Shown: positions 8,848 to 19,187 of the stretch, piece by piece | Numbering within the stretch: the stretch's first letter is position 1 | How the letters are laid out: each line of letters opens with the position of its first letter | Origin: Methylophilaceae bacterium | GTDB taxonomy: Bacteria > Pseudomonadota > Gammaproteobacteria > Burkholderiales > Methylophilaceae | Direction of reading: 5' to 3' | Assembly: GCA_018398995.1 (NCBI GenBank) | Contig: CP073759.1 | Coordinates: forward strand, 1,130,311 to 1,194,310 | Length of the DNA: 64,000 bases | Notes under the pieces: generated by a model | The model's input: only the letters and a program-made list of their open reading frames with translations | Databases searched by the model: none | Told to the model about the DNA's origin: nothing | Position numbers and translations under genes: made by a program

Positions 8848-8948
8848 TGCGTTATCAATCAGCGAAGATAGATGCATTTTGGCCTTTTCATGGGCTAGCT
8901 TGTACTTGCCCAATCTGTCATCGCTAATGTAATACGTGTTATCGATTA

Positions 8949-8975
8949 AAGCCTAGCTTCTTGCTAGGCTTTTTT
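8949..8975 (+). terminator. rho-independent terminator downstream of pqqA copy 1
   Basis: AAGCCTAGC-TTCTT-GCTAGGCTT followed by TTTTTG. Confidence 0.65.
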
Positions 8976-9206
8976 GTTTTTAAAATCAGTTTTTTAAAAC
9001 CTCAATCGCTATTATCAATACTCGCCATCTGCAACAACACTTATTGAGTAGGTGCTTCGATTGCTACTCGGGTAGACATGTTGCATTTGTTGATAGCGAT
9101 AGCAAAATGTGAACAGTCATGTGTTGCGACTATTGCCAAGGCATTGCAATCGATTAGAATGGTGATTGACAAATTTTCTTACCATATTGATTGATAATAA
9201 ACCATT

Positions 9207-9440
9207 ATGACCAGCGTGCCACCATTACAACCTAATAACCCATTGCATGGCATAACGCTTAAAGCAATCTTGACTGATTTAGTGGCGCATTATGGCTGGG
9301 CACATTTAGCGAAACTGATTCCCATCAATTGTTTTAGCTACGATCCTAGTATGCAATCCAGTTTAACTTTTTTGCGCAAAACACCTTGGGCTAGAGATAA
9401 GGTTGAAGCGCTTTATCTACACATGCAGCGTGAAGCCTAA
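9207..9440 (+). CDS. DUF2132 (VF530-like) protein
   Basis: 77 aa; [19 protein letters not shown] and FLRKTPWAR motifs. Confidence 0.75.
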   Translation: MTSVPPLQPNNPLHGITLKAILTDLVAHYGWAHLAKLIPINCFSYDPSMQSSLTFLRKTPWARDKVEALYLHMQREA

Positions 9441-9600
9441 ATTGAGACATTGGCGCTTATAATTTTAGTCAGCTAAGGTTTAATGGCTCTCATGTTGCTG
9501 CTTTTATTTTGTTGCGATAGAAAAAAGCACAAACGAAAACAGTTAAAATAATGCATCAATCAATCTTAGAATAATTAACAGTCAATCAGGAGTCATACAG

Positions 9601-10146
9601 ATGAGTGAAGCTTCAAACCGTTACGGATCAATGTCTATTTTGATGCATTGGCTGATGTTTTTATTGATGGTTGCTGTTTATGCTTGTATTGAATTAAGGG
9701 TGTTGTATCCTAAGGGCAGTGACCCACGCGAAGCATTAAAAATGTGGCATTTTATGTTGGGTCTTTCTGTGTTTATTTTGATATGGTTGCGTTTATTTTT
9801 TATTGTACGAGGAAACAAACCACGCATTGTGCCAACGCCATCAACATGGAAAAGAGTGCTAGGCAAGGCGGTTCAAGGTACGCTTTATTTGTTGATGATT
9901 GGTTTACCTATTTTAGGCTGGTTAACCTTGAGTGCGTCTGGCAAAACAATTCCTTTTTTTGGCTTAGAGTTGCCTGCGCTGATTAATGAGAATAAAGAGT
10001 TGGGAAAATCATTAAAAGGCATCCACGGCACTATCGGCAAATCTGGCTATTATTTGATTACTTTACATGCCTTAGCTGGCTTATTCCATCATTACGTCAT
10101 GCGCGATAATACTTTGATGGCGATGCTACCAACATACAAAAAATAA
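9601..10146 (+). CDS. cytochrome b561 family protein
   Basis: 181 aa with four TM helices, conserved His residues (ILMHW.., MWHF, LHALAG..HH) and a CybB-like N-terminus. Confidence 0.85.
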   Translation: MSEASNRYGSMSILMHWLMFLLMVAVYACIELRVLYPKGSDPREALKMWHFMLGLSVFILIWLRLFFIVRGNKPRIVPTPSTWKRVLGKAVQGTLYLLMIGLPILGWLTLSASGKTIPFFGLELPALINENKELGKSLKGIHGTIGKSGYYLITLHALAGLFHHYVMRDNTLMAMLPTYKK

Positions 10147-10260
10147 AGCACATTTTCTGTAACTTAGGGGGTTGAGTGCATGCCATTGATTACGTTTGCA
10201 AGCGGATTGATGAACTTAGTTTAGATTTAGCTGACTAATTTTTTTATGATGAATTAAGCA

Positions 10261-10551
10261 ATGACCATGAAACAAAATCAACAAGCGAAAATAGATATAG
10301 CCTTGATTGAGCAAGATAAATCTAGAATTATTGAGATGGCTTGGGAAGACAAAACAACATTTGATGCCATCAAAAAAATATATGGATTGGATGAAAGCGC
10401 TTTGATGAAACTCATGAAAGCGTCATTAACGTTTGGCAGTTATAAATTATGGCGTAAAAGAGTGAAAACACAATCTTGTAAACATCTTCGTTTAAGAACA
10501 GTTGAAATCACGCGCGCTTTTAGTCCAACTCAATATAAACTACGGAATTAA
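10261..10551 (+). CDS. TIGR03643/DUF2805 family protein
   Basis: 96 aa; the core IIEMAWEDKTTFDAIKKIYGL.E..LMKLMK...YKLWRKRV is typical of this family. Confidence 0.7.
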   Translation: MTMKQNQQAKIDIALIEQDKSRIIEMAWEDKTTFDAIKKIYGLDESALMKLMKASLTFGSYKLWRKRVKTQSCKHLRLRTVEITRAFSPTQYKLRN

Positions 10552-10715
10552 TTGGTCAAATCGATCTAACTTGAGTGATAGGCGCTTGAATTAAACTAGC
10601 TATTTACATCATGCGCATGGTGTGAAAATCGTGTTTTATGCAGGCCGGTCATTATTAGATAATCAACATGCATTTTAATATGCGATAGTAAGCTGACGAA
10701 TATTGGGAGCATGAA

Positions 10716-11333
10716 GTGAAATTAGGTTTATTATGTGGGTTGTTGATTTTATTGTTTGTTAACCTTGCAATGGCAGCAGAAGAGCCAAAATATACAGTGC
10801 TGGAAAAGTCAGGTGACTTTGAGTTAAGGCAATATGCGGCGATGGTTGTGGCTGAAACGCTTGTTGATGGCTCTTTGCGCGATGCCTCTCGCGATGGATT
10901 CAAGCGGATTGCTGATTATATTTTTGGAAACAATACCGCCCGTTCTGGCGCTAATGAGAAAATCAGTATGACCACGCCAGTGACGATGGTGCCAACTTCT
11001 GAAAGAATCAGCATGACGGCGCCTGTGACAATGCAACAAACAGCGGGTCGTTGGCGTATGTATTTTGTGATGCCAAGCCAATACACATTAAATACATTAC
11101 CCACACCCAATCATTCAGCAGTTATCTTGCGCGAAGTGCCTGAGAACCGTATGGCAGTGATGCGTTTTTCTGGCTTGGCTGGCGAAGAGAAAGTTGCCGA
11201 AAAAACAGCAATGTTATTAGCATGGTTAAAAACCAAACAAATAAAACCAATTGCAACGCCAGCACTGGCACGCTATAACCCGCCTTGGACTTTACCATTT
11301 TTACGTCGTAACGAGATCATGATTGCTTATTGA
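10716..11333 (+). CDS. SOUL/HEBP heme-binding family protein, secreted
   Basis: GTG start with GGGAG upstream; signal peptide; EEPKYTVLEK.GDFELRQY and YNPPWTLPFLRRNEI motifs of the SOUL family. Confidence 0.85.
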   Translation: MKLGLLCGLLILLFVNLAMAAEEPKYTVLEKSGDFELRQYAAMVVAETLVDGSLRDASRDGFKRIADYIFGNNTARSGANEKISMTTPVTMVPTSERISMTAPVTMQQTAGRWRMYFVMPSQYTLNTLPTPNHSAVILREVPENRMAVMRFSGLAGEEKVAEKTAMLLAWLKTKQIKPIATPALARYNPPWTLPFLRRNEIMIAY

Positions 11334-11518
11334 GCTTTGATGACTTTTGCTGAAGACTTTCAATAACACCAGAATTAGCAAGCCTTACGAGCGAGAATTT
11401 TGCTAAATTAAAGATTAAGCAACCCAATGATTGGGTTGCTTTCAGTCTATATTAATCAATGAATCCAAATTAAATCAAACGCGCAGCCATGAATATGGCT
11501 TAACGATTTGGATTGTTG

Positions 11519-11785
11519 TTAAAGGCATTCAACAAGAAAGTGATGTTTTGATGGCATATAGAATCCATCAACATTCTCGGCATACACTTCTTTATGGTAA
11601 TCAAGAATCCTAGACTCATTTTTGCACAGTTCGTTTGCTTTAGATTTGCATTTTTCATAGCTACTATTAAATTCACTACAAGTAAAATTTTTGGTCTGCC
11701 TTCCGTTACTTTCTATGGTAGTTGATTGCACACTGGCAGATGAAATTAACATTAATAAAGCTATGAAATGTAGTAATTTATTCAT
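11519..11785 (-). CDS. small secreted Cys-containing hypothetical protein
   Basis: 88 aa; AGGAGAA SD; signal peptide MNKLLHFIALLMLISSASVQS; four Cys in the mature part. Confidence 0.5.
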   Translation of the reverse strand: MNKLLHFIALLMLISSASVQSTTIESNGRQTKNFTCSEFNSSYEKCKSKANELCKNESRILDYHKEVYAENVDGFYMPSKHHFLVECL

Positions 11786-11818
11786 GATTTATTCTCCTTC
11801 AACTCATAATTTAACAAA

Positions 11819-11836
11819 TTGTCATCTGTATGTCAT
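11819..11836 (+). promoter_or_regulatory. Pho-box-like direct repeats
   Basis: TTGTCAT-CTGT-ATGTCAT. The module 11819-11843 is 23/25 identical to 19093-19117. Confidence 0.45.
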
Positions 11837-12065
11837 ATTAATATGTATGTTTTTTTGTTATGTGAATATAGTGCATTATTTTTTCGGAAAGTTGCATGAA
11901 CTTTTTATGACAACCCATTGAATTTGATGAAGTAAAACATATTGCTGGCATGATTATTCATCACGATACAAGCAATATTACAATCCTCTTAAATAATAAT
12001 TGACAACAATTTATGCCACAACTTGCCAATGTCGAACTGCTGTAATGATGGATAGACTGCGCTGA

Positions 12066-13100
12066 TTAAAAACAATTCGCTTGGCGCAATTGGCTAGGCG
12101 GCAACCCAGTCCAGCGTTTAAATGCACGCCTAAAATTATTAATATCATTAAAACGTAAATAATCAGCCACTTGTTGATGCTGGTAACCTTTAATTTGATA
12201 CAAATAGAGTGCTACATGTTTACGCGCAAAATCTAACTGTTCTTGAAAATGTGTATTGTGTTTGAGTAATTTACGCTTCAACGTGGCTGCGCTCATGCCA
12301 AACGCTGCCGCTACCGATTCTAACTGCAGATTTTGTTGAATATTGTCGCGTAAATAATTGTATAAAGAATCTAAAAAGCTCTCATGCCAGCCTATTTCGT
12401 CTATCTGCGTTTTACTACCTAGGGTGGCTAACTGTAGACTGATAGGTGCACTTTGCAGCCATGTTTTGTTTGCATTCGCAAGTGGAATACTCATCATATT
12501 AAGCTGCTGGTCAAAGGCAACATCTTCGTTTAAATGTACCCAATATTGCTCAATATAGCGTGGTTCAGCGTGGGTAAAATTAAATCGCCATGGCAGTCTT
12601 TCAGCCGACATTTTTGCCGCCATGCGTGTGATTGCAGTCATGTAAGCTTCAACTAAAAACGGTTGTTGTGTGCTTGCACCACAGTTATCTAACCAATAAA
12701 TAAAAAAATGGCTATTATTTTCGAAATAACGTGGGGTCAATAGCGGACAAAGTAGGGCATGATAGGCACAAAGGTGCATTAATGCATCGCGTAAATTAAG
12801 GGAGTGGTTTAATACTTGGCTGGCGGGCCCGTAAAAGCCTGGTAATAGGCGCTGACCAAATAAAAAGCTAGTGTCATCTGCTTTTAACAATTGCTGCCCA
12901 TTGTTCAATAAAGTTAAAAATTGAGCAGGGCTAATGAGTTTACGCCCAGTGAGCATATCATCTAAAAAGAGCTGCGTGCCACGTAATAACGCATGGCTGT
13001 TCACATTGCGAGACATTGCCAAGTCAAGCATGATTGCTGGCTGATGATGTGCCGCGATAAAGGCCGTATCGCGTTCATAGCTGTTGCATTTTATACCCAT
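12066..13100 (-). CDS. AraC family transcriptional regulator
   Basis: 344 aa; C-terminal double helix-turn-helix (..AAFGMSAATLKRKL...F..AFKRWTG.PPSQ) and an AraC-type ligand domain. Confidence 0.85.
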   Translation of the reverse strand: MGIKCNSYERDTAFIAAHHQPAIMLDLAMSRNVNSHALLRGTQLFLDDMLTGRKLISPAQFLTLLNNGQQLLKADDTSFLFGQRLLPGFYGPASQVLNHSLNLRDALMHLCAYHALLCPLLTPRYFENNSHFFIYWLDNCGASTQQPFLVEAYMTAITRMAAKMSAERLPWRFNFTHAEPRYIEQYWVHLNEDVAFDQQLNMMSIPLANANKTWLQSAPISLQLATLGSKTQIDEIGWHESFLDSLYNYLRDNIQQNLQLESVAAAFGMSAATLKRKLLKHNTHFQEQLDFARKHVALYLYQIKGYQHQQVADYLRFNDINNFRRAFKRWTGLPPSQLRQANCF

Positions 13101-13103
13101 AAA

Positions 13104-14018
13104 TTATGTAGTCGCGTTCATCAATCCATTTTTAATAAAACCAAGTTTGCTGTTGAGTGTTTTAAGGAGTGTATTGGCCTCTTCTTGCATACCAACAGTG
13201 GTTGCAGTGCTGGCTGATAAATGGATACGTTTGCCAAGGTGCGTGCTTTTATAGGCCAGATGCGTAATCGCATTTTTTAATTCAAGCGCAATGATTTCTG
13301 CTTGGTATTCATTGGTATTTGGTAGTAAAGCAACAAAACGATCACCTGCTAGTCGGCAAAGTAAATCTTGCTCACGTAGATTAAGCAATAATAATTGGGT
13401 GATTGACTGCAAAACGGCATCACCTTCTTGATGCCCATATAACTGGTTTATTTGACTAAAGTGATCAATATCAATGGCGACTAGAGAAAGTGGTTGCGCT
13501 TCTGTGCGTGCTTCTTTAAGTGCTAGTTTTAATTGCTCGCGTAAATAACCAGCGCTACCAAGTGGAATTAAAGCATCAAATAAACGGTGTTCGCGAAACA
13601 CACGTTCACGTTTGACCATTTGTGCGCTGATGGCAAGTTCTTCTTTATGCCAATGAAAGATACCGAAAGTGAGTAAAACCAATCCGATTGGAATAGGTAA
13701 ACTTTCTAACCAATTGTCCCAAAAAATAGTATCTGGAATCTTGATAAACTCATCTAAAAAGTCCATCCACCATGAAAATACAAAGCAGGATAAACCCAAT
13801 GCAAGCAATGAAGTCACACAACCCGCCGGGCGGCTACGCATTAACAGAACAAGCCAGAATAACGCCAGCAAGGTGGTGCCACCTTCTGCAAATACATCTA
13901 GCCACTTAATCATCTCCCAAGATTTGATATCGCCTGTCATGAGATATAAATACAAGCCACTCGTTGAAAATAAAGCTAAGCAACTTAAAACGCTTGCTGA
14001 TGACGGAAATTTTTTCAT
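13104..14018 (-). CDS. membrane-anchored GGDEF-domain protein with degenerate active site (AGDRF) and retained RxxD site
   Basis: 304 aa. Hydrophobic N-terminal half, then a GGDEF fold (IDIDHF..IN..YGH.EGD). The GGDEF position reads AGDRF (13335-13349), with REQD five residues upstream. Confidence 0.85.
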   Translation of the reverse strand: MKKFPSSASVLSCLALFSTSGLYLYLMTGDIKSWEMIKWLDVFAEGGTTLLALFWLVLLMRSRPAGCVTSLLALGLSCFVFSWWMDFLDEFIKIPDTIFWDNWLESLPIPIGLVLLTFGIFHWHKEELAISAQMVKRERVFREHRLFDALIPLGSAGYLREQLKLALKEARTEAQPLSLVAIDIDHFSQINQLYGHQEGDAVLQSITQLLLLNLREQDLLCRLAGDRFVALLPNTNEYQAEIIALELKNAITHLAYKSTHLGKRIHLSASTATTVGMQEEANTLLKTLNSKLGFIKNGLMNATT

Positions 14019-14316
14019 GATTGATATTGTTTAACTGTAGGCGTTGGCGCATCAAATAGGATTGAATGTAGCGTTGCATTATTGCAGTGTGATGACATTG
14101 TGATAAATAAAGCGCAGTCAATTTAGCCCATGCCAATTAGATAATTTTACTGAAATAAGCAATTAGTTAACTGAATTACATGAGTGTGCAGTAAAGAAAA
14201 TCTGCTATATCAACTGATTTATCGAGCCAAGACATTCTTTTTATTTGCTGTCAAAAAAGCTCAAATAGTTTTTAAAATACGCTAAAATACCCATAAAAGA
14301 GCACAATTAAAAATAC

Positions 14317-14334
14317 CTGTCACAAAAGCGTCAC
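14317..14334 (+). promoter_or_regulatory. Pho box upstream of the TonB-dependent receptor
   Basis: CTGTCAC-AAAA-GCGTCAC: 7-nt direct repeats with a 4-nt spacer. TAGTAT lies 10 nt downstream as a possible -10. Confidence 0.6.
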
Positions 14335-14437
14335 AGTGCATCCCTAGTATTCGTCATCAAATCTGTCTTGAGTAAGGCCTAAAGTTAATGGGTAGGCAGA
14401 AGCATTTTTTTATGACAAAGCGATATAGGGGATGGTA

Positions 14438-16981
14438 ATGCAAGTGAAAAAAGGTAAGACAGCCAAAACAAAACCGGCACTCAAACTAAGTGTATTAATG
14501 CTGGCAATGGCAAGTATACCGCTTGGTTTTGCTGCGGATGCTGATGATCTGAATAAAACAGGCGCATCAACATCCAAACCAACAAAATTGGGTGATATTG
14601 GCGAAACAGAGTTTTTGGAAGTCATTGGTCAAGCAGCACAAATAGATAAAGCGTTAAAAGATCAACGCGCATCTGACTCTATAGAAAGTGTGGTACGTGC
14701 CGATGCCATTGGTCAATTACCAGATGATAATGCTGCTGAGGCCTTGCAGCGCGTACCGGGCGTTTCGATTGAGCGCGACCAAGGCGAAGGCCGATTTGTA
14801 ACGATTCGTGGCTTAGGGCCAGATTTAAACAGTGTCAATATTAATGGTGTGAATCTTCCATCTTCAGAACCTGGTGGTCGTGCGGTGGCGCTTGATGTGT
14901 TGCCGTCTGAGCTCATCCAATCACTCTCTGTGGTCAAAACACTGACACCAGATATGGATGCGAACTCTTTAGGCGCTACCGTCAATGTAAACAGCTTATC
15001 TGGCTTTGACCATGATGGTTTCTTTTACACCATTTCTGGCGAAGCTGGATTCAACCCGCTTGTGAGTAAAACCAGCCCTAAAGTGTCTGGTGCAATCAGT
15101 AATATTTTTAGTGTTGGTGATGGTACAGATAATTTGGCAGTAGCCCTTGCATTGAGTTTTCAACAACGAAAATTTGGTTCAGATAACGTAGAAACTGGCG
15201 GAGAGTGGGACGGCCCTGAACTCAATGAGCTCCAAGCACGAGATTACCAAATTCAACGTGACCGTTTAGGTGTTGGTTTGAATATTGACTATAAGCCAGA
15301 TGCCTTATCAAACTACTATTTGCGTACCATTTATAGCAAGTTTAAAGATGACGAACAACGCCACCTTGCAGAACTAAAATTTGATGATGCGCAGTTACCA
15401 AGCGAATTAGGTGCTGCAGATGGTTCAAGAGAGTTGAAAGACCGTATTGATACGCAAGAAATTAAATCGATTACATTTGGTGGCGAAAAAAATATTGGTT
15501 TATGGACAATAGACGGACAAGCATCATACAGCGAATCAAGTGAAAAAAGTCCATTTGGTATCGCTGGTGCTGTATTCGAAGGGGCTTTTGCTAATACTGG
15601 TTTTAGTAATACTAGAAAGCCGCGTCTTATTGCCGGTGCGGATTACTTTAACCCAAACTCGTTTGAACTAGATGAGGTAGAAGCGGAAACCACAGATTTT
15701 GTCTCAAAACAAAGAGACATCAAAATGGATTTTGCACGTCTATATGACTTTAAAGGCTACGACTCACAAGTTAAGTTTGGTGCTAAGGCCATTCGTCGTG
15801 ATGTTAGGAATGATACGCAAACCTATATATATGATGATTTTGGCACATTACCAACCAATCTAAGCCAATACAGCGGCGGTAATTTAAATTACAAGCCTGG
15901 TCCTTTTGGGCAATCCATTAATGGCAGCGCTATCCGAAATCTGATTGGTCAATTAGACCGTAATGCTGCACTTGATGAAGAAGAATCACGCATTAATGAT
16001 TATCAAATGACGGAAGATATTAACGCCGCCTATGTGATGAATACAATTGACATCAACAAGTTACGGTTAATTGCAGGTTTACGCTATGAAGGAACGAAAT
16101 TTACAGCAAAAGGCACTAGTGTTGTAGATGGTAGTTTTGCTGCAGTTTCCAAAAGTAATGATTATCACAATGTATTGCCAGGTTTACACGCCAAATACCA
16201 ATTGGCAGAAAATACTTTATTCAGAGCCGCTTATACAAACACTGTTGTTCGACCCACTTTTGATCAGCTAGCACCAGGGGTTGTGATTAATGGTGATGAA
16301 GCCGCTTTTGGTAATCCAGATTTAAATCCTTTAGAAGCAAGAAACTTAGATATCGGTATCGAGCACTATATGGGACGTGCTGGGGTTCTTTCAGCGTTTG
16401 CTTTTTATAAAGACATCAAAAACTTTGTATATGAGACTGATGTGCGTGGTACAGGTGCTTGGACAGCTTTTGATGAAGCGCTGACTTTTGAAAACGGTGA
16501 TGATGCAAAAGTATATGGTTTAGAGTTGGCCTACTCACAAAAATTAGACTGGTTATCTTATCCATGGAATAAGGTTATTTTGGGCGCCAACGCAACTTTT
16601 AGTGATTCGACCGCCAAAATTTCTTCATTAGGCCAAACACGTAATATCGTGTTACCAAGTCAATCAAAACAAGTGGGTAATATGTCGATTGGTTGGCAAG
16701 ATCAAAAATTCAGTGTGCGTCTAGCAGGTAACTATAAATCTAAATTTTTGGCAGAAGTAGGCGCAATTGATACCAAGCAAAACGACTTATATGCAGATGC
16801 ACAATTGTATGTGGATTTAAGTGCCAGTTACTTTATTACACCTAAAATGCAATTGACATTTGATGCACAAAACATCACCGACGAAAAGTTCTACGTGTAT
16901 CAAAATCGTCAGAGTTTCAATTCGCAATTTGAAGAATACGGCCCAACTTACCGTGTGAGCTTAACCTTTACTGATTTTTAA
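14438..16981 (+). CDS. TonB-dependent receptor
   Basis: About 847 aa (track start 14432). Signal peptide, plug domain (ALQRVPGVSIERDQGEGRFVTIRG), long beta-barrel and a C-terminal aromatic residue (..LTFTDF). Confidence 0.9.
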   Translation: MQVKKGKTAKTKPALKLSVLMLAMASIPLGFAADADDLNKTGASTSKPTKLGDIGETEFLEVIGQAAQIDKALKDQRASDSIESVVRADAIGQLPDDNAAEALQRVPGVSIERDQGEGRFVTIRGLGPDLNSVNINGVNLPSSEPGGRAVALDVLPSELIQSLSVVKTLTPDMDANSLGATVNVNSLSGFDHDGFFYTISGEAGFNPLVSKTSPKVSGAISNIFSVGDGTDNLAVALALSFQQRKFGSDNVETGGEWDGPELNELQARDYQIQRDRLGVGLNIDYKPDALSNYYLRTIYSKFKDDEQRHLAELKFDDAQLPSELGAADGSRELKDRIDTQEIKSITFGGEKNIGLWTIDGQASYSESSEKSPFGIAGAVFEGAFANTGFSNTRKPRLIAGADYFNPNSFELDEVEAETTDFVSKQRDIKMDFARLYDFKGYDSQVKFGAKAIRRDVRNDTQTYIYDDFGTLPTNLSQYSGGNLNYKPGPFGQSINGSAIRNLIGQLDRNAALDEEESRINDYQMTEDINAAYVMNTIDINKLRLIAGLRYEGTKFTAKGTSVVDGSFAAVSKSNDYHNVLPGLHAKYQLAENTLFRAAYTNTVVRPTFDQLAPGVVINGDEAAFGNPDLNPLEARNLDIGIEHYMGRAGVLSAFAFYKDIKNFVYETDVRGTGAWTAFDEALTFENGDDAKVYGLELAYSQKLDWLSYPWNKVILGANATFSDSTAKISSLGQTRNIVLPSQSKQVGNMSIGWQDQKFSVRLAGNYKSKFLAEVGAIDTKQNDLYADAQLYVDLSASYFITPKMQLTFDAQNITDEKFYVYQNRQSFNSQFEEYGPTYRVSLTFTDF

Positions 16982-17013
16982 TCAGCTACTGAATGAGCGC
17001 GTAATCCCAGGTG

Positions 17014-17054
17014 CGTGGTGCAACCGATATAGGTTGCGCCACGTTGCCTTTTTT
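17014..17054 (+). terminator. strong hairpin plus T-run between receptor and phytase genes (terminator or attenuator)
   Basis: CGTGGTGCAACC-GATATA-GGTTGCGCCACG (12 bp, one G-U pair) followed by TTGCCTTTTTT. Confidence 0.5.
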
Positions 17055-17084
17055 AATACTTGGCATGAATAATCAGAGAGAAAT

Positions 17085-19076
17085 ATGCAAATTTCAATAC
17101 TTAAACATCATTTTGTCGTTGGCATCACTAGCCTTAGCTTTGTTTTGTTGACAGCTTGCCAACAGACAAGCCCAGCTAAAGGTGGGGAGTCGATTAGTTT
17201 TAAGCCGCTACCAATCAAACACAAGGTAGAAGCCGCACAGCTTATTGACAGCAGTATGTTTGCACCCAATGTCACTTTAACAAATGCAGATGTCATGATC
17301 GCAAGCAAAAAACATGGTTTGTTAGTTATTGACGAAAAGGGCGAGACCTTGAGTCAGTTAAAGGGATACTTTACCTCCGTAGACCATCGCCTAATCCCTC
17401 AGGGTATGTTGGTGGCGAGTGTTGAAGGTAATTTACAACAAGCGGTAGTATCAATTGTTAGTCAAGATAGCGGCACTTGGTCTGCACCACTCACTTTGCC
17501 TAAGCCTAACTTCAAAATAGAGGATGCCTGTTTGTACCAAGATGGTGGCAATAATGCCTTTGTATTTTTGGTGGGCGAAGAAGGTTTGGGTGAGCAATGG
17601 CTAGTAGCTGCTGATCACGCATTATTGCCACAAGCTTTGCGTGTTAGAGGGCTGAGTTTGCCACCGGCAAGTAGTTTTTGCCAAGTAGATGACCGATCAA
17701 ATACGCTGTATGTGAACGAAGAAAACGTAGGGCTATGGGCGTATGCTGCGCGTGCCGAAGCGGAACTCATGCGCCAACCAGTAGCGATGCTGACGCCCTT
17801 TGGCGATATTGAAAAGAACGTTTCAGGAATGGCCATTGCAAATCATCAAGTTTTATTGATAGATGCTGATAGTGCACACTTACATCGCTATCAAAATAAT
17901 GGGGATAGTGCTCATGCTGTTTACAAAGCAGTATTGCCAGTTGCATTGGCTGGGCTGGATTCTCCAGAAAATATCAGTGTTCGTGCTAATGGCACTACGT
18001 TAGCGCTATTGGTGCATGATAAAAGTGGCTTGCATAAAGCAACTTTAGCGATTGCAGCAGATGATTTGTTGAACGAGAAAGGGCATGAAGTAAGCCAAAT
18101 CTTGGAAGTTAAACCACTGATTCAAACAGACGCTATACCAAGTATGGGCGATGCGGCAGATGATCCAGCTATTTGGATGCATCCAAATGATGCCACCAAA
18201 AGCTTGGTCTTGGCCACAGATAAGCAGGGTGGTTTAGCAGTTTATGACTTACAAGGAAAAACGCAGCAATACTTACCTGTTGGTCGCTTAAATAATGTAG
18301 ATGTACGAACAGGTTTTAACCTCAATGGCAAATTGATTGATATTGCAGCAGCCAGCAATCGTGATAACAACAGTTTGCATCTCTTTAGCATAGACCGCCA
18401 AAGTGGACATGTCAGCGTTTTGGGTGAACACGCCACAACCATTCAGGAAATGTATGGCATTTGCATGTTTAAAGATAAGCAGGATAACTTTTACGCAATC
18501 ATGAACGATAAAGATGGCACGTTTGAACAATATCAATTAATGGCTGTTAATGGTCAGATTGCCACAAAAAAAGCACGTAGTTTTAAAGTGGAAACACAAC
18601 CTGAGGGTTGTGTGGCACATGACCAAAGCGAGCAATTATTTATTGGTGAGGAGGATGTGGCTGTGTGGACATTGAGTGCTCGTGCGGATGTGCCAACGAC
18701 CATGACGAACGTAATCTCGACCAATGAGATTGTGCATGCAGATATAGAGGGCATTGCCTACTATCAGGGAGCTAAGCAAGACTATTTGGTTATCTCAAGT
18801 CAAGGCAATGATAGCTATGTTGTACTGGATGCTACACCGCCCTATCAAGTGCGTGGCAATTTTAGAATTGGCATTAACGCTTTGCTAGCAATTGATGGCG
18901 CGTCTGAGACGGATGGTCTTGAAGTGACCTCAGCAGATCTTAGTGGTCATAACACTGGGTTATGGCGACTTGGTATGTTGGTGGTGCAAGATGGACGTAA
19001 ACGTATGCCAGAAGAGAAACAAAATTTTAAATATGTGCCTTGGACAGCCATTGCCGAAGCATTAAACCTTGAATAG
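17085..19076 (+). CDS. beta-propeller phytase (3-phytase), lipoprotein, tandem-propeller architecture
   Basis: 663 aa; lipobox LLTAC. The C-terminal half carries the BPP signature GDAADDPAIW and propeller repeats. The N-terminal half is a degenerate second propeller. Confidence 0.85.
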   Translation: MQISILKHHFVVGITSLSFVLLTACQQTSPAKGGESISFKPLPIKHKVEAAQLIDSSMFAPNVTLTNADVMIASKKHGLLVIDEKGETLSQLKGYFTSVDHRLIPQGMLVASVEGNLQQAVVSIVSQDSGTWSAPLTLPKPNFKIEDACLYQDGGNNAFVFLVGEEGLGEQWLVAADHALLPQALRVRGLSLPPASSFCQVDDRSNTLYVNEENVGLWAYAARAEAELMRQPVAMLTPFGDIEKNVSGMAIANHQVLLIDADSAHLHRYQNNGDSAHAVYKAVLPVALAGLDSPENISVRANGTTLALLVHDKSGLHKATLAIAADDLLNEKGHEVSQILEVKPLIQTDAIPSMGDAADDPAIWMHPNDATKSLVLATDKQGGLAVYDLQGKTQQYLPVGRLNNVDVRTGFNLNGKLIDIAAASNRDNNSLHLFSIDRQSGHVSVLGEHATTIQEMYGICMFKDKQDNFYAIMNDKDGTFEQYQLMAVNGQIATKKARSFKVETQPEGCVAHDQSEQLFIGEEDVAVWTLSARADVPTTMTNVISTNEIVHADIEGIAYYQGAKQDYLVISSQGNDSYVVLDATPPYQVRGNFRIGINALLAIDGASETDGLEVTSADLSGHNTGLWRLGMLVVQDGRKRMPEEKQNFKYVPWTAIAEALNLE

Positions 19077-19081
19077 GGTGA

Positions 19082-19110
19082 CTGTCATCAAGTTGTCACC
19101 TGTATGTCAT
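19082..19110 (+). promoter_or_regulatory. extended Pho box (three 7-nt repeats) upstream of exbB
   Basis: CTGTCAT-CAAG-TTGTCAC-CTGT-ATGTCAT sits directly after the phytase stop and 78 nt upstream of the exbB ATG. Confidence 0.65.
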
Positions 19111-19187
19111 TTAATAGTAGAGATTGGCAATATTCGCGTGAATGCGCTTTTGATGCGAATTTAATAGTAGAACAAAGGAGTGGTGAG

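Noticed and set aside
8653-8913. 86-aa minus-strand ORF
   Set aside because: It is exactly antisense to the pqqA gene at 8776-8847, which has an SD, a terminator and a second copy under purifying selection. The long ORF is a by-product.
14140-14200. Fur-box-like GATAAT... sequence upstream of the TonB-dependent receptor
   Set aside because: It matches only about 10 of 19 positions of the Fur consensus. The Pho box is the far better match for this promoter.
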